A stretch of DNA of 62,839 nucleotides, filler included, from Gemmatimonadota bacterium (GCA_003697105.1; 6 parts of 5 records of this genome joined end to end with filler, not necessarily neighbours in it), one strand, 5' to 3'; numbered from the whole stretch's first letter, positions 20,101 through 29,824 are shown. Notes: generated from the sequence alone by a model not told the origin. Numbers and translations are program-made.

Positions 20101-20793
20101 GTACGGAATTATGCGTTATTCTCCCCGGTGTTTTCCTTAGCCCAAACCGCGGATGAAACCAAACTGGTGATTCAAACGTGGTACGAGACCAACGAAGGTT
20201 GGGACGGGGGCAATGTCGCCATTTCAGTTGATGGGGGAACAACGTGGCACCGGATCGATCCCACCGGCGGGTATCCGAGCCACTCCATCGTGGCGATGAG
20301 TGGCCAACCCGGCTTTAGTGGCAGCAGCAACGGCTGGAGACGAGTGGAATTCCCGCTGGACGATTACCGCGGCCAATCCGTGAAATTTCGATTCCGGTTT
20401 GGAGCAACCAATTCCCAAGGTCGGGGTTGGTTTTTCGATAATTTCGCCGTTTATGGCGCAACGGATTTTTACACAGCGATTGACGGTCTCAAATTAAATC
20501 AACTTGCTACGCCAGCCGTGGTACAATTGGGTCAAAATTATCCGAACCCATTTAATCCTTCCACCACGATTCCTTTTGCGTTACCGGAGGCGGCATCCGT
20601 GTCGGTCAAAGTGTATGATATGAATGGCAAATTGATACGGGTGTTGGCAGATGGTATCTTTGAAGCGGGACATCACCGGCTGGTGTGGGATGGTAAAAAT
20701 GAGCAGGGACAAGCCGCTCGTTCCGGAGTGTATGTGTACCGGCTGGAAACCGGTAATCAAGAACAGAGCAAATCAATGCAATTGATCAAATAA
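17152..20793 (+). CDS. Secreted BNR/Asp-box beta-propeller protein (GH74/VPS10-like) with carboxypeptidase-regulatory-like domains, a beta-sandwich module and C-terminal FlgD/Por-like domain
   Basis: Many [S/T]x[D/N]GGx[T/S]W Asp-boxes, HVDHH, GGTQDNG, GGDGF; WEWGTP and WDGG modules; QNYPNPFNPSTTI...WDGKNEQG...SGVYVYRL. Confidence 0.85.
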   Translation: MRKFWLVLGMLIFFGGIWYIWYMHNKIKVSEEESAPMMIMGPEKVKGEPKKAPNEWFYRQRAYPYPEIRQESFQQALGQAKRDYAATSAHLRTPEWEFAGPTNIGARITDLAVHPDDPNTIYAGAASGGIIKSTDGGTTWQPIFDDVAPAPMGAVAIDPNNPDILYAGTGEANASSYSFFGVGMFKSTDAGATWSGIGLEDTRYIGRIAIDPENSNRLFVAACGKLFGTNAERGIYRSTNGGDSWERVLFVSDSTAAIDVALKPDNPNVVYAAMWERVRGLNYRKSGGHTSGLWKSTDGGNTWSEMTNGLPQGSNVGRPAIGVTPDDPNYVYAIYADDPGYFLGVYRSTDAGSSWTQLNSNGLENMYRSFGWYFGRIQPSPLDKDLVYVLGVSLHRTTNGGQSWVTLADYGIGDIHVDHHALWINPADGTVINGNDGGIYASTNNGTSWTKFYDLPISQFYAIAIDHSNPHRLYGGTQDNGTLRTWDGSTDNWDHILGGDGFYCLVHPQNSNIIWAESQYGNLQKSTDGGNDFNSALSGIDNNDRTNWSTPVVMDPTNPDVMYYGSMRVYRSTNGANSWTPISGDLTNGYSGSPSFNTITTIAVATTDPNVIYVGTDDGNVQVTFDGGDNWHHISADLPNRWITRVAVDPTDALIAYVTLSGFRWEEEIPHVFRTTDGGNSWTNISGNLPEAPVNVLIIDPENTNVLYVGTDFGVYYTQNLGGFWRRLGGNHPLCPVVDLKLHNPTRKLVSGTYGRSMFTLDLESIDTEGFQGYITDSNSGDPVNHVRVFVPDQGYEAFSDENGHYFLPTPPGTYTLHAERFGYADWLSEMEYTVAVEETVEVDITLTPHTTGHFSGSVSSSRGGMVAGAQFTASGVPIDPFYTDERGMFATNLPGDYEYTFTISAPDHDPQELTVFIPAGGETEETLQLNFVQSFESSDGAFTRSNGFNEWEWGTPTENGGPPAAYEGQNVWGTDLDGLYDPVRNYALFSPVFSLAQTADETKLVIQTWYETNEGWDGGNVAISVDGGTTWHRIDPTGGYPSHSIVAMSGQPGFSGSSNGWRRVEFPLDDYRGQSVKFRFRFGATNSQGRGWFFDNFAVYGATDFYTAIDGLKLNQLATPAVVQLGQNYPNPFNPSTTIPFALPEAASVSVKVYDMNGKLIRVLADGIFEAGHHRLVWDGKNEQGQAARSGVYVYRLETGNQEQSKSMQLIK

Positions 20794-20800
20794 GATTAAA

Positions 20801-20838
20801 AAACCGGCGATCATCATGGATCGCCGGTTTCATTTTTT
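20801..20838. terminator. Bidirectional intrinsic terminator
   Basis: AAACCGGCGATC / GATCGCCGGTTT perfect 12-bp stem flanked by A and T tracts between convergent genes. Confidence 0.9.
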
Positions 20839-20842
20839 AGAA

Positions 20843-20920
20843 TGGGGAGGGAGAGGAGATTTGAACTCCCGACCTCTTGATCCACAGTCAAGCGCTCTAA
20901 CCAGCTGAGCTACACCCTCC
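20843..20920 (-). tRNA. tRNA-His (GUG)
   Basis: Reverse complement folds as a cloverleaf: anticodon loop CUGUGGA, TTCAAAT T-loop, encoded CCA, G-1:C73 identity pair. Confidence 0.97.
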
Positions 20921-20995
20921 ACCGGTATTTCTGGTTACGTGGTGACGTGAAAACTATATGATGGGTTTGATTTTGTCAAGTTCAAAATCAGGGGG

Positions 20996-21361
20996 TTATT
21001 CACCAAGTTTTTCTTTGAGCATCTCCAACAAGGTATCAATTTCCACCGGTTTGACCAGATACCCCGCTGCGTTTTCCCGCATTTCCCGATCCAGTTCAGT
21101 ATCCCCCCCTTTAGCGGTTAAGAAAATGATCGGGATGTGAGCCGTTTCTGGGTCTTCGCGTAAAACACGAAAGACATCATAACCGTTCATATTCGGCATC
21201 ATGATGTCACATAAAATTAAATCTGGCTTGAGCGACCGCGCTTTTTCAATCCCCACATCGCCATCTTCTGCCGTATGAGCGTCATATCCCCCCAGGTTCA
21301 AAATCTGCACAATAATATCCCGATTGAATTCTTCATCTTCAATCAGCAGAACCGTTGCCAT
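20996..21361 (-). CDS. Single-domain response regulator (REC)
   Basis: LLIEDE, PDLILCDIMMP, FLTAK, YLVKP. Confidence 0.93.
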   Translation of the reverse strand: MATVLLIEDEEFNRDIIVQILNLGGYDAHTAEDGDVGIEKARSLKPDLILCDIMMPNMNGYDVFRVLREDPETAHIPIIFLTAKGGDTELDREMRENAAGYLVKPVEIDTLLEMLKEKLGE

Positions 21362-21531
21362 CAGTGGTCTCACATCTATTATTAAAAGTGAATGCGTTAG
21401 AAACGCCTAAGTGTTGCCACAATACATGAAAACAGCAGACGTGTCAATGACAAAATCGAGTGCTACCTCATTTTTTCTGTGAACCGCAAACGGATTGGGT
21501 TTGTTCAGATCATCATCGTCTCTTATTGGGG

Positions 21532-23311
21532 CTAAGGTAGCGGTACTAAATCCGCATCCATGACAAAAACATTTTCGATAGCTAATCCCTCCGACCCTCG
21601 TATATCTTGCGTACCAACAAACGTGATTTTTTCCCCGGCGATATGAATCTCTCCGGCGTTGGACAGTTCCATCTTAAGGGGGACCTCCGCCGTCGCTTTA
21701 CTGATAGTATTGACAACCTTCAACCCCCCTTTTTTGGGTAATCCACTCTCTTGTACATGGTCGGCATAAATAAAATGGATGTTATCAAGCCATGCCGCAC
21801 CATTCCCAACGAAATGTTGCTCTAGTTCGCCAATATCGGTTGTACCTAAGCCAAATTTTTCTTTTTTCTGGGTACTGACATCATAAACCCACAAATAATC
21901 CGCTTTAGAATACAAAATTTGAGTGGCATTAGGGGAAACCATCGGTATTAAGCGCCGCGTCCAGACCGATTCCTGAAAACCGGCTTCAATCTCCTGCACA
22001 CTTGCCACATCATCCAGCGGTTGTAAGACCATCCGGCGTTTGTTCTGGGTATAAATGATAAACTCATCCGTAAGCCAAACGGGATAGCTGGCATTCGGCA
22101 ACGTTTTTAAAACCGTTTTGGGGTTGGCAGTACGCGGCGTATAAGAGACAAGTTTCCCCTGATAATCATACGCCAAATGCTTTCCAGAAGGCGACCATTG
22201 GGGATGACGCCCGTGAAGTTCGATCAGTTTGGGAATCGCACGACCATCACGAAGGTCATGAAATCGATGAAAGATGAAAATAGCATGCGCCGCAATGGTA
22301 TCGGTCTCTATGACAACCGTTTCGTATGTTTCAAACGCAAATTGATCACTATTTGGATGCCAATCCACGGTTAGAATTTTTCCGGACGTGCGATAGATTT
22401 CTTGAGTCGTTCGATCCGGCACCGGTCCGGCGAAAACACTCATCATCAGAACCTGCTCGGCACCATCCAGATTAACATAAGTCACTTTTAAGCCATCCGG
22501 AGATAAACGCGGATAATGGCTATACGCAGAAGGCTGGTCTGCAGTGACATGAACAAAACTGGGCGATCCTAAAATCGATTCCATGAGATCGGGATTGAAA
22601 ACATACAGCATCACCCCTACCGCAATCAAGAGGAGAAAACTCACCAACACAACCGGCAGAATCGCCAGCGATTTCTTTTTAGTTTTCAAAGGCTCCCGCC
22701 GGCGGGGCTTCGGCGCGGTAGCTTTTTTCTTCATCTCTTCTGCGGATTTCATTCCGTGAAAGTCGAACCGACACTCCTGACACCGCTCACTATTCGGAGG
22801 ATTGGGTGCCCCACAACTAGGACATTGAATACCATCTTCATAGTACGTTGGCTCTGCCGGAGCACTGGATGACGGTTCAGATACCTCTTCTTCAACCGGC
22901 ATATCCGGTTCAACACTAGATGGCGGTGCTTCTAGCTGCAAATTGGATAAATCTATGCCTCCCATATCGGGTGTGGCAGGAGGTGAATCTGTTGGCGGCG
23001 AGGGTGCCTCTTCCACGCTGGGAACATCAAACGAAGGAACATCGATCTCAATCCCTGCCTCGCTGGCGGGAGAACTACCGGCTTCCACGGTGGGAATTTC
23101 CGGTATTTCAATCCCTTCCGGCGCTGCCGGTTCAGAAAATGTCGGTGCGGGGCTAGAATCAAACCCCGGCACACCCGGAATTTCCGGTATCTCAATCCCT
23201 TCCGGCGCTACCGGTTCAGAAGATGCCGGTGCGGGGCTAGAATCAAACCCCGGCACACCCGGAATTTCCGGTATCTCAATCCCTTCCGGCGCTACCGGTT
23301 CAGAAGATGCC
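21532..23311 (-). CDS. Membrane protein: Pro/Glu-rich repeats, zinc ribbon, TM, TolB/PD40-like beta-propeller; 5' end lost at contig end
   Basis: CPSCG...CQEC ribbon, hydrophobic helix after KKK, PRLSPDG / PQWSPSG / VSPNA repeats; frame open to the gap. Confidence 0.75.
23093..23311. repeat. 84-bp coding tandem repeat (28-aa Pro/Glu-rich unit), about 2.6 copies visible
   Basis: GGAATTTCCGGTAT recurs at 23093, 23177 and 23261. Confidence 0.92.
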
Positions 23312-23411
23312 NNNNNNNNNNNNNNNNNNNNNNNNNNNNNNNNNNNNNNNNNNNNTTAATTAATTAANNNNNNNNNNNNNNNNNNNNNNNNNNNNNNNNN
23401 NNNNNNNNNNN
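23312..23411. other. Artificial contig linker
   Basis: N44-TTAATTAATTAA-N44. Confidence 0.99.
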
Positions 23412-23599
23412 AATGGGTATCCATTTCATTTCCCTCCAAAACGGTGAAATGATAAGATAACTCACATTCCGAAAAATACAATTTCTAAAAACAGGGGTAC
23501 GGAAAGTCAGGTTTATACTGAAATGACTGAAATGAACTATTTTTTTACCGGTGAACCCATGTTGGCCGGAGCGACCCAATCATGACGAAGGAGTACAAT

Positions 23600-24937
23600 A
23601 TGACCGTTCGTAATATCTTGCTGGTACTATTAGTTAGTACAATTGGAGCCATGCAAGCGGTTGCCCAATCCGAAGTAGTGCATCTTTCGCTGGACGAGGC
23701 GCTGGATTTGGCGCAGCGGCAAAATCATCAAATTTTGATCGCCCAGCAAGAGGTGATTCAGGCAAAAGGGGCACACAAAGAGGCGTGGAGCGGCTTTTTG
23801 CCTCAAATATCTGTAAGCGAGACCTATCTGAAATCAACCGATCCGGTAGCCGCTTTCGGAACAAAATTGCGGCAAGGTGTGTTCACCATGCAAGATTTTG
23901 ACATTGATGCGCTGAATCACCCAGATGAAATCGATGATTTTGCGAGTCTGGTGTCCATCCAGCAACCGTTGTTCAATCTGGATGCTATTTACGGCAAACG
24001 GGCCGCGAATATGGCGTTAAACGCACGGGAACAAGGCATGATTCGCACGCAGGAGACGATTGTACTGGAGGTCAAAAAAGCCTATTTTGGATTGATTCTT
24101 GCCTTTCGCCATCGGGACGCGATTGCGCAAGCGATTCAAGCGGCGGAAGTCCATTATCAGGAAGTATCTGTCGCTTATGAAAAAGGACTGGTGACGGAGT
24201 CCGACCGGTTAGCCGCACAGGTGCGTATAGGAGAACTTACCGAACAGCACGTTATGGCAGAACATCAGATTGACCAGGCAAGTGATGGGCTTTGTTTTTT
24301 GCTCGGTTTAGAGCAATACACCCGAATCCAACCTACCGGCAGTCTGGAGGTGACGGAAGCGCTACCATCATTGGATGTAGCGGGTATTGATACCGGCGTT
24401 TCGCGAGCCGATTTGCGCGCCTTAGCTTATCAGCATAAAGCGGCACACTACCAGCACAAAATGGAACTCGCCAGTTGGCTACCTCGCTTGAATGCTTTTG
24501 GAACGGCAGAATGGCATGGCACAGACCCTTTTGGTACAGCAGGTGACCACTGGACACTAGGCGCCCGCTTGGAGTGGAATCTATTTGACGGCTTAGGGCG
24601 TTATGGTCGCTGGGAACAGACCGCCGCGGCTGCTAAAAAGGTTGAAATTCAGTACCGGCAAGCCTCCGAAAAAAGCAAAATAGACCTCCGGCAAAGCTGG
24701 CGGGCAATGCAATCTGCCCAAAAACGGATTCAGGTAGCGCGGCAGGCGGTAGAACATGCCGAGGAGGGTTTGCGGATTGTTGAGGAACGTTTCCGCGAAG
24801 GGTTGGAAAAATCTTCAACCGTGCTGGATCATGAAGTGGCGCTGACCCGTGCCCAGTTGCGTTTGGTGCAAGCTCAGTATGATTTTAAGATCGCTTATAG
24901 TGAATTTGAATTTTATCAAGGACAACCGGTAGATTAA
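23600..24937 (+). CDS. TolC-family outer membrane efflux protein
   Basis: AAGGAG RBS, signal peptide, LSLDEAL, FLPQIS and WLPRL repeats, WNLFDG. Confidence 0.92.
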   Translation: MTVRNILLVLLVSTIGAMQAVAQSEVVHLSLDEALDLAQRQNHQILIAQQEVIQAKGAHKEAWSGFLPQISVSETYLKSTDPVAAFGTKLRQGVFTMQDFDIDALNHPDEIDDFASLVSIQQPLFNLDAIYGKRAANMALNAREQGMIRTQETIVLEVKKAYFGLILAFRHRDAIAQAIQAAEVHYQEVSVAYEKGLVTESDRLAAQVRIGELTEQHVMAEHQIDQASDGLCFLLGLEQYTRIQPTGSLEVTEALPSLDVAGIDTGVSRADLRALAYQHKAAHYQHKMELASWLPRLNAFGTAEWHGTDPFGTAGDHWTLGARLEWNLFDGLGRYGRWEQTAAAAKKVEIQYRQASEKSKIDLRQSWRAMQSAQKRIQVARQAVEHAEEGLRIVEERFREGLEKSSTVLDHEVALTRAQLRLVQAQYDFKIAYSEFEFYQGQPVD

Positions 24938-24962
24938 GACCTAAAAATTGCAGGAGGATGTG

Positions 24963-26057
24963 ATGAATTTATCCCTTCGTACCAACCATTTTGGATGGTT
25001 TAGTATCATGTTTTTTTTCTTTGTCGGCTGTGGTCATAAAGAAGCGGACGTCGCTAAAATAGAAGACCTGCCACCCGTGGTGGTTTCAGCAGTGCTAGTC
25101 AACTCGCAAGTTACCCAAGCGCCGGTAGTCTATTCCGCGACAATTGAGCCGGTAGATCAGGCGCAGATCGCCACGAAAGTGATGGGACAAATCAAAGCCA
25201 TTCACGTGGAAGAAGGCGAAGCGGTGCAACGGGGGCAGTTGCTGGTTGAACTGGACTCCAACGACATTCAGGCAAAGTTGGCGCAAGCAGAAGCGGGCAT
25301 TGCAGAAGCCACCGCTCATTTTGGAAACGCCGAACGCAATCTGGCGCGTTTTGAGGAGCTATTTGCCAAAAATGCGGCGACTCAAAAGGAAGTTGATGAT
25401 GTTCGGGTCATGTTTCAGAGTGCCAAAGCGCGTCTGGAAGGCGCAAAGCAGATGAAAAAGGAAGTTGAAGAGTTGTTGCAGTACACCCAGTTGTTGGCTC
25501 CGTTTAGTGGGGTTGTCACCAAAAAACATGCGGCTGAAGGGGATTTGGCAAAACCGGGTTTCCCTATTATAACCCTTGAAAATAACCGCCAAGTGAAAAT
25601 CACTGCCCTAATTCCCGAAAATCGGATTCATTTAGTTCGGGAAGGTATGCCTGTGCGGGTGGTCATTCCCAGTGTGGGCGAAGGGAATGCCACTTATGAT
25701 GCGACTATTGACCAGATTTTCCCCTCTGCCGATCCGCAGAGCCACCAGTTTGAAATCAAAGTGGTAATGGAAAATCCAAGCGGTGACCTCAAAGCCGGCA
25801 TGTTTGCGCGAGTTTTGATTGAAAAATCCCGTCAAGAGACGATCCGGATTCCGCGGGAAGCGATCTTTCAGCGGGGGCAATTAGAGGGTGTATATGTGGT
25901 GAGCGAGGATAATCGTGCCCGGTTGCGGTGGATTCGCACCGGTCGTTCGTTTGGCAGTGATGTGGAAGTGATAGCGGGGTTGGATGCCGGTGAACGCGTT
26001 ATTGTGAATTATGAGGGTAACTTGAAAGATGGGCAGCGAGTGGAGGTGCGTTCATGA
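24963..26057 (+). CDS. RND periplasmic adaptor (MFP), probable lipoprotein
   Basis: FVGC lipobox, VEEGEAVQRGQLL, APFSGVV, LKAGMFARV; AGGAGG RBS. Confidence 0.93.
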   Translation: MNLSLRTNHFGWFSIMFFFFVGCGHKEADVAKIEDLPPVVVSAVLVNSQVTQAPVVYSATIEPVDQAQIATKVMGQIKAIHVEEGEAVQRGQLLVELDSNDIQAKLAQAEAGIAEATAHFGNAERNLARFEELFAKNAATQKEVDDVRVMFQSAKARLEGAKQMKKEVEELLQYTQLLAPFSGVVTKKHAAEGDLAKPGFPIITLENNRQVKITALIPENRIHLVREGMPVRVVIPSVGEGNATYDATIDQIFPSADPQSHQFEIKVVMENPSGDLKAGMFARVLIEKSRQETIRIPREAIFQRGQLEGVYVVSEDNRARLRWIRTGRSFGSDVEVIAGLDAGERVIVNYEGNLKDGQRVEVRS

Positions 26058-29000
26058 AAAGCGGCATTGCGGGCAAACTTGCCCAGATGTTCATTGATTC
26101 CAAACTAACACCGTTGTTGATGGTGGCGGCATTGTTGGTTGGGCTATTTTCCACCTATCTAACGCCGCGTGAAGAAGAACCGCAGATTGTGTTGCCGGTT
26201 GTGGATATTTACATCCCGTATCCCGGTGCTTCCGCAAAAGAAGTAGAAGCGCGGGTCACTAAACCCCTCGAAAAGATCGTCTCCAGCATTTCGGGGGTAG
26301 AATATGTGTACTCGACTTCCCAACCAAATTTCGCTTTACTCACTGTGCGCTATTATGTGGGTGAAGATCGGGAAGAGAGCCTCGTAAAACTCTGGGCGGA
26401 AATCATGCGCCACTTGGATAAAATGCCGGCGGGCGTGCAATTCCCACTGTTCAAAACCGTTAGTATTGATGATGTGCCGGTACTGACCCTAACTTTGTGG
26501 AGCCATACATATGATCCGCACCAATTGCGACGGGTAGCAATGCAATTGGGGGATGAGATCAAAACCATCCGTGATGTGGCAGAGGTTACTGTTAAAGGCG
26601 GCTTAAAACGCCAATTAAAAGTAACCTCAGACCCTGCCCGTGCCAGAGCGTATCAGATTACCCCTTTGCATATTGCCCAGCAGATTCAAGCCGCGAATCA
26701 GCAGGTTACAGCGGGTGAATTTCAGCGCTCGAATACCGAATTTGTGGTGAAAACCGGCCAGTTTATTGAGACGGCCGAAGATTTGGAAAATTTGGTGGTC
26801 GGAGTTTATAATGGCAGTCCGGTTTACTTGAAAGATGTGGCAGATGTGACGGACGGTCCCGAAGAGATCAATAATTACACCTTTTTTGGTTTTGGGGTCG
26901 CCGGCAAAACCGGTAATCCAGCACAGTTTGAGGCGGTAGATTGGACGCAAGAATACCCTGCGGTGACACTCACCATCACAAAGCGCAAAGGTGCGGATGC
27001 CATGCGTGTGGCGGATCGGGTACTGGAAAAAACAGATGCCCTACAAGGTCAATTGATCCCCTCGGATATTTACCTCACGGAAACCCGCAATTACGGGGAA
27101 ACGGCTTCGGAAAAAGTGTTCACGTTGCTGGAACATCTGTTAGGAGCAATCATCGCGGTGACGATTGTGGTCGGGATTTTTCTTGGCTGGCGCGGGGGTC
27201 TGGTAGTTTTCGCTTCGGTGCCGATCACCTTTGCTTTAACCCTGTTTGTGTACTACTTGTTTGGGTACACCCTCAACCGGGTGACGCTGTTTGCTCTGAT
27301 TTTTGTCACCGGTATTGTGGTGGATGATTCAATCATTATTGCAGAGAACGTCCACCGCCACTTTTTGATGCGGCGTTTACCCAAATTACAAGCCGCCATT
27401 GCCGCAATTAACGAGGTGGGCAACCCGACAATCCTTGCTACATTTACGGTGATCGCCTCCGTCCTACCGATGGTTTTTGTGCGGGGTTTGATGGGTCCGT
27501 ACATGAGTCCCATGCCGATTGGGGCATCCTTGGCGATGCTGTTCTCCTTGTTGATCGCCCTTGTCGGGACGCCGTGGCTAGCGTATCGTCTGATCAAAGA
27601 TACCGGGCACGATGAGGAATACGATCTGGAAAAGACATTTATCTTTAAGGTGTATGACAAAACGTTGCGTCCGGTTCTGCGCCGTCCGGTGTTGGGGTGG
27701 AGCATGTTAGGCGGGGTGGGGGTTATTCTGCTTCTGGCGATCAGCCTTTTTCCGTTGCGTGTAGTCGAAGTTAAGATGTTGCCCTTTGACAATAAAAGTG
27801 AATTTCAGGTGATTATTGACATGCCGGAGGGTACCCCACTGGAACAGACCGCTCGGGTAGCAAAGGAGATTGCCGCTTATATCCGCACCGTCCCCGAAGT
27901 GATGAATTATCAATACTATGTGGGTACGGCGGCGCCGATGAGTTTTAACGGTTTGGTGCGTCATTATTACTTGCGGCAAGCGCCCCACATGGCAGATATT
28001 CAGGTCAATTTGGTACACAAACATTACCGCCAAGCTCAATCGCATGATATTGCCAAACGGGTACGAGAACCGGTTCAGGCGATTGCTCGTCGTTATCACG
28101 CCAATGCCAAAATTGTGGAAGTGCCACCCGGACCCCCGGTACTTTCTACCCTCGTGGCAGAGATTTACGGACCCGACTATGACGCTCAAATTGCCCTTGC
28201 CCGGCAGGTGCGGGAAGTGTTTGAAAATACGCCCGGCGTGGTCGATGTGGACTGGATGGTTGAAGCCGATCAGGAAGTGTTCCGCCTGAATGTGGATAAG
28301 GAAAAAGCGGCTTTGCGCGGGGTCAATACAGAGCAAGTGGTGCAATCTCTCCGGATGGCGCTTACCGGAGCAGAGGTCGGCTTGTTGCATTCTCCCACTG
28401 AATTGGAGCCGGTTTCGATTTATCTCCGGTTATCTCCAGAGCATCGCACCTCCATTGAAGATTTGGAGAACATTTATGTCCGGTCTGTGACGGGCCAGTT
28501 GATCCCCATCTCCGATGTGACACGTGTTCAACGCGAAATTGAAGATAAAAGCATTTTCCGCAAGAACTTACAGCGGGTGATATATGTCACCGGAGATGTC
28601 GCCGGTGTCGCGGAAAGCCCGGTCTATGCTATGTTGGATATGGATAAACAATTGGCGGCATTAACCACACCGGATGGAAAAACCGGTATTAGACCGCTGT
28701 ACACCCACCAGCCTTTCATGGAAGATGATTTTGCCATAAAATGGGATGGTGAATGGCAAATCACCTTTGAAGTCTTTCGCGATTTGGGGATTGCTTTCGC
28801 AGTGGTCTTGGTGATTATTTATTTGTTGATCATCGGCTGGTTTCAGTCCTTCAAAACCCCATTAGTGATGATGATCGCCATCCCACTTTCACTTGTCGGT
28901 GTGATTCCGGGACATTTTGTACACGGTGCCTTTTTTACGGCAACGTCGATGATTGGGGTGATCGCATTGGCGGGGATCATGGTGCGAAACTCTGTCTTGC

Positions 29001-29311
29001 TGATCGATTTTATCGAGTTGCGTCTCTCGGAAAAGGCGAGTTTACAACAAGCGGTGATTGAATCCGCCGCGATTCGGACACGCCCCATATTGCTCACCGC
29101 CGGAACGGTTGTTATCGGTGCGGTTGTGATTCTGTTTGACCCAATCTTTCAGGGTCTGGCGATCTCACTGATGTGGGGGGCGTTCGGGTCCACTGCGTTG
29201 ACTTTGGGGGTAGTACCGCTGGTATATTATCTTGTCGAACGCCGTCACTACCCGCTCCAACCGGATGAAATAAGCTCTCCGGATGACGATGACACCGAAG
29301 AACTCCAATAA
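26054..29311 (+). CDS. RND efflux permease (AcrB/CusA superfamily)
   Basis: PREEEPQI, GIVVDDSIIIAEN, RTRPILLT; 1085 aa; ATGA overlap with MFP. Confidence 0.95.
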   Translation: MKSGIAGKLAQMFIDSKLTPLLMVAALLVGLFSTYLTPREEEPQIVLPVVDIYIPYPGASAKEVEARVTKPLEKIVSSISGVEYVYSTSQPNFALLTVRYYVGEDREESLVKLWAEIMRHLDKMPAGVQFPLFKTVSIDDVPVLTLTLWSHTYDPHQLRRVAMQLGDEIKTIRDVAEVTVKGGLKRQLKVTSDPARARAYQITPLHIAQQIQAANQQVTAGEFQRSNTEFVVKTGQFIETAEDLENLVVGVYNGSPVYLKDVADVTDGPEEINNYTFFGFGVAGKTGNPAQFEAVDWTQEYPAVTLTITKRKGADAMRVADRVLEKTDALQGQLIPSDIYLTETRNYGETASEKVFTLLEHLLGAIIAVTIVVGIFLGWRGGLVVFASVPITFALTLFVYYLFGYTLNRVTLFALIFVTGIVVDDSIIIAENVHRHFLMRRLPKLQAAIAAINEVGNPTILATFTVIASVLPMVFVRGLMGPYMSPMPIGASLAMLFSLLIALVGTPWLAYRLIKDTGHDEEYDLEKTFIFKVYDKTLRPVLRRPVLGWSMLGGVGVILLLAISLFPLRVVEVKMLPFDNKSEFQVIIDMPEGTPLEQTARVAKEIAAYIRTVPEVMNYQYYVGTAAPMSFNGLVRHYYLRQAPHMADIQVNLVHKHYRQAQSHDIAKRVREPVQAIARRYHANAKIVEVPPGPPVLSTLVAEIYGPDYDAQIALARQVREVFENTPGVVDVDWMVEADQEVFRLNVDKEKAALRGVNTEQVVQSLRMALTGAEVGLLHSPTELEPVSIYLRLSPEHRTSIEDLENIYVRSVTGQLIPISDVTRVQREIEDKSIFRKNLQRVIYVTGDVAGVAESPVYAMLDMDKQLAALTTPDGKTGIRPLYTHQPFMEDDFAIKWDGEWQITFEVFRDLGIAFAVVLVIIYLLIIGWFQSFKTPLVMMIAIPLSLVGVIPGHFVHGAFFTATSMIGVIALAGIMVRNSVLLIDFIELRLSEKASLQQAVIESAAIRTRPILLTAGTVVIGAVVILFDPIFQGLAISLMWGAFGSTALTLGVVPLVYYLVERRHYPLQPDEISSPDDDDTEELQ

Positions 29312-29383
29312 GATAATGAAAATAAAGCCTTAGGGATATTATCCCCTAAGGGTGTAGTAAACCAACAAATAGGGAGAGTCGTC

Positions 29384-29683
29384 ATGAAATTGGTTGCATT
29401 GATGGCACTTGCCAAAGATATGGATTGCATAAAACGGGTGTTTCAAGATCATCATGTGCAGATTTATAGCGAGGTAGAGATCACCGGGCACACGTTTGCC
29501 ACCTTGAAACAGTATGGATGGTTTTCCAAACGGGATATCCCGACGTATTCATCCCTCTGTTTTGCTCTTGTCCCCGCGGATGTGGCGCAAGTTGTAATGG
29601 ATGAAGTCGAGCAACTCCAGCAGGAAAATCCCAGTGACCATCCGGTGCATGGGTTTGTGATCGATGTCGAAAAAATGATTTAG
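29384..29683 (+). CDS. Small P-II-like protein
   Basis: 99 aa, MKLV..., EITG, HGFVIDVE pattern resembling P-II-fold proteins; GGAGAG RBS. Confidence 0.55.
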   Translation: MKLVALMALAKDMDCIKRVFQDHHVQIYSEVEITGHTFATLKQYGWFSKRDIPTYSSLCFALVPADVAQVVMDEVEQLQQENPSDHPVHGFVIDVEKMI

Positions 29684-29690
29684 CAGAAAG

Positions 29691-29824
29691 GAGTTTGGGA
29701 GTTAGGGAGTTTTACGAGTTGGGGAGTTCGGGAGTTGGGGAGTTTTATGAGTTTGTGAGTTTTACGAGTTTGTGAGTTGCGATTTTCGTTCCCCCTAATC
29801 CCTGCTTCCTAACCCCTGATCCCT
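29691..29824. repeat. Degenerate GAGTT-core 8/9-mer array (11 units) followed by C-rich heptamer array
   Basis: GAGTTTGG GAGTTAGG GAGTTTTAC ... GAGTTTGT; then CCCCTAA TCCCTGC TTCCTAA CCCCTGA. Confidence 0.9.

Noticed and set aside
20843-20920. tRNA-His as an island integration site
   Set aside because: No integrase and no duplicated tRNA 3' end nearby; the U:U pair in the acceptor stem is not enough to call a pseudogene
22943-23359. 138-aa plus-strand ORF
   Set aside because: Antisense shadow of the Pro-rich repeat region
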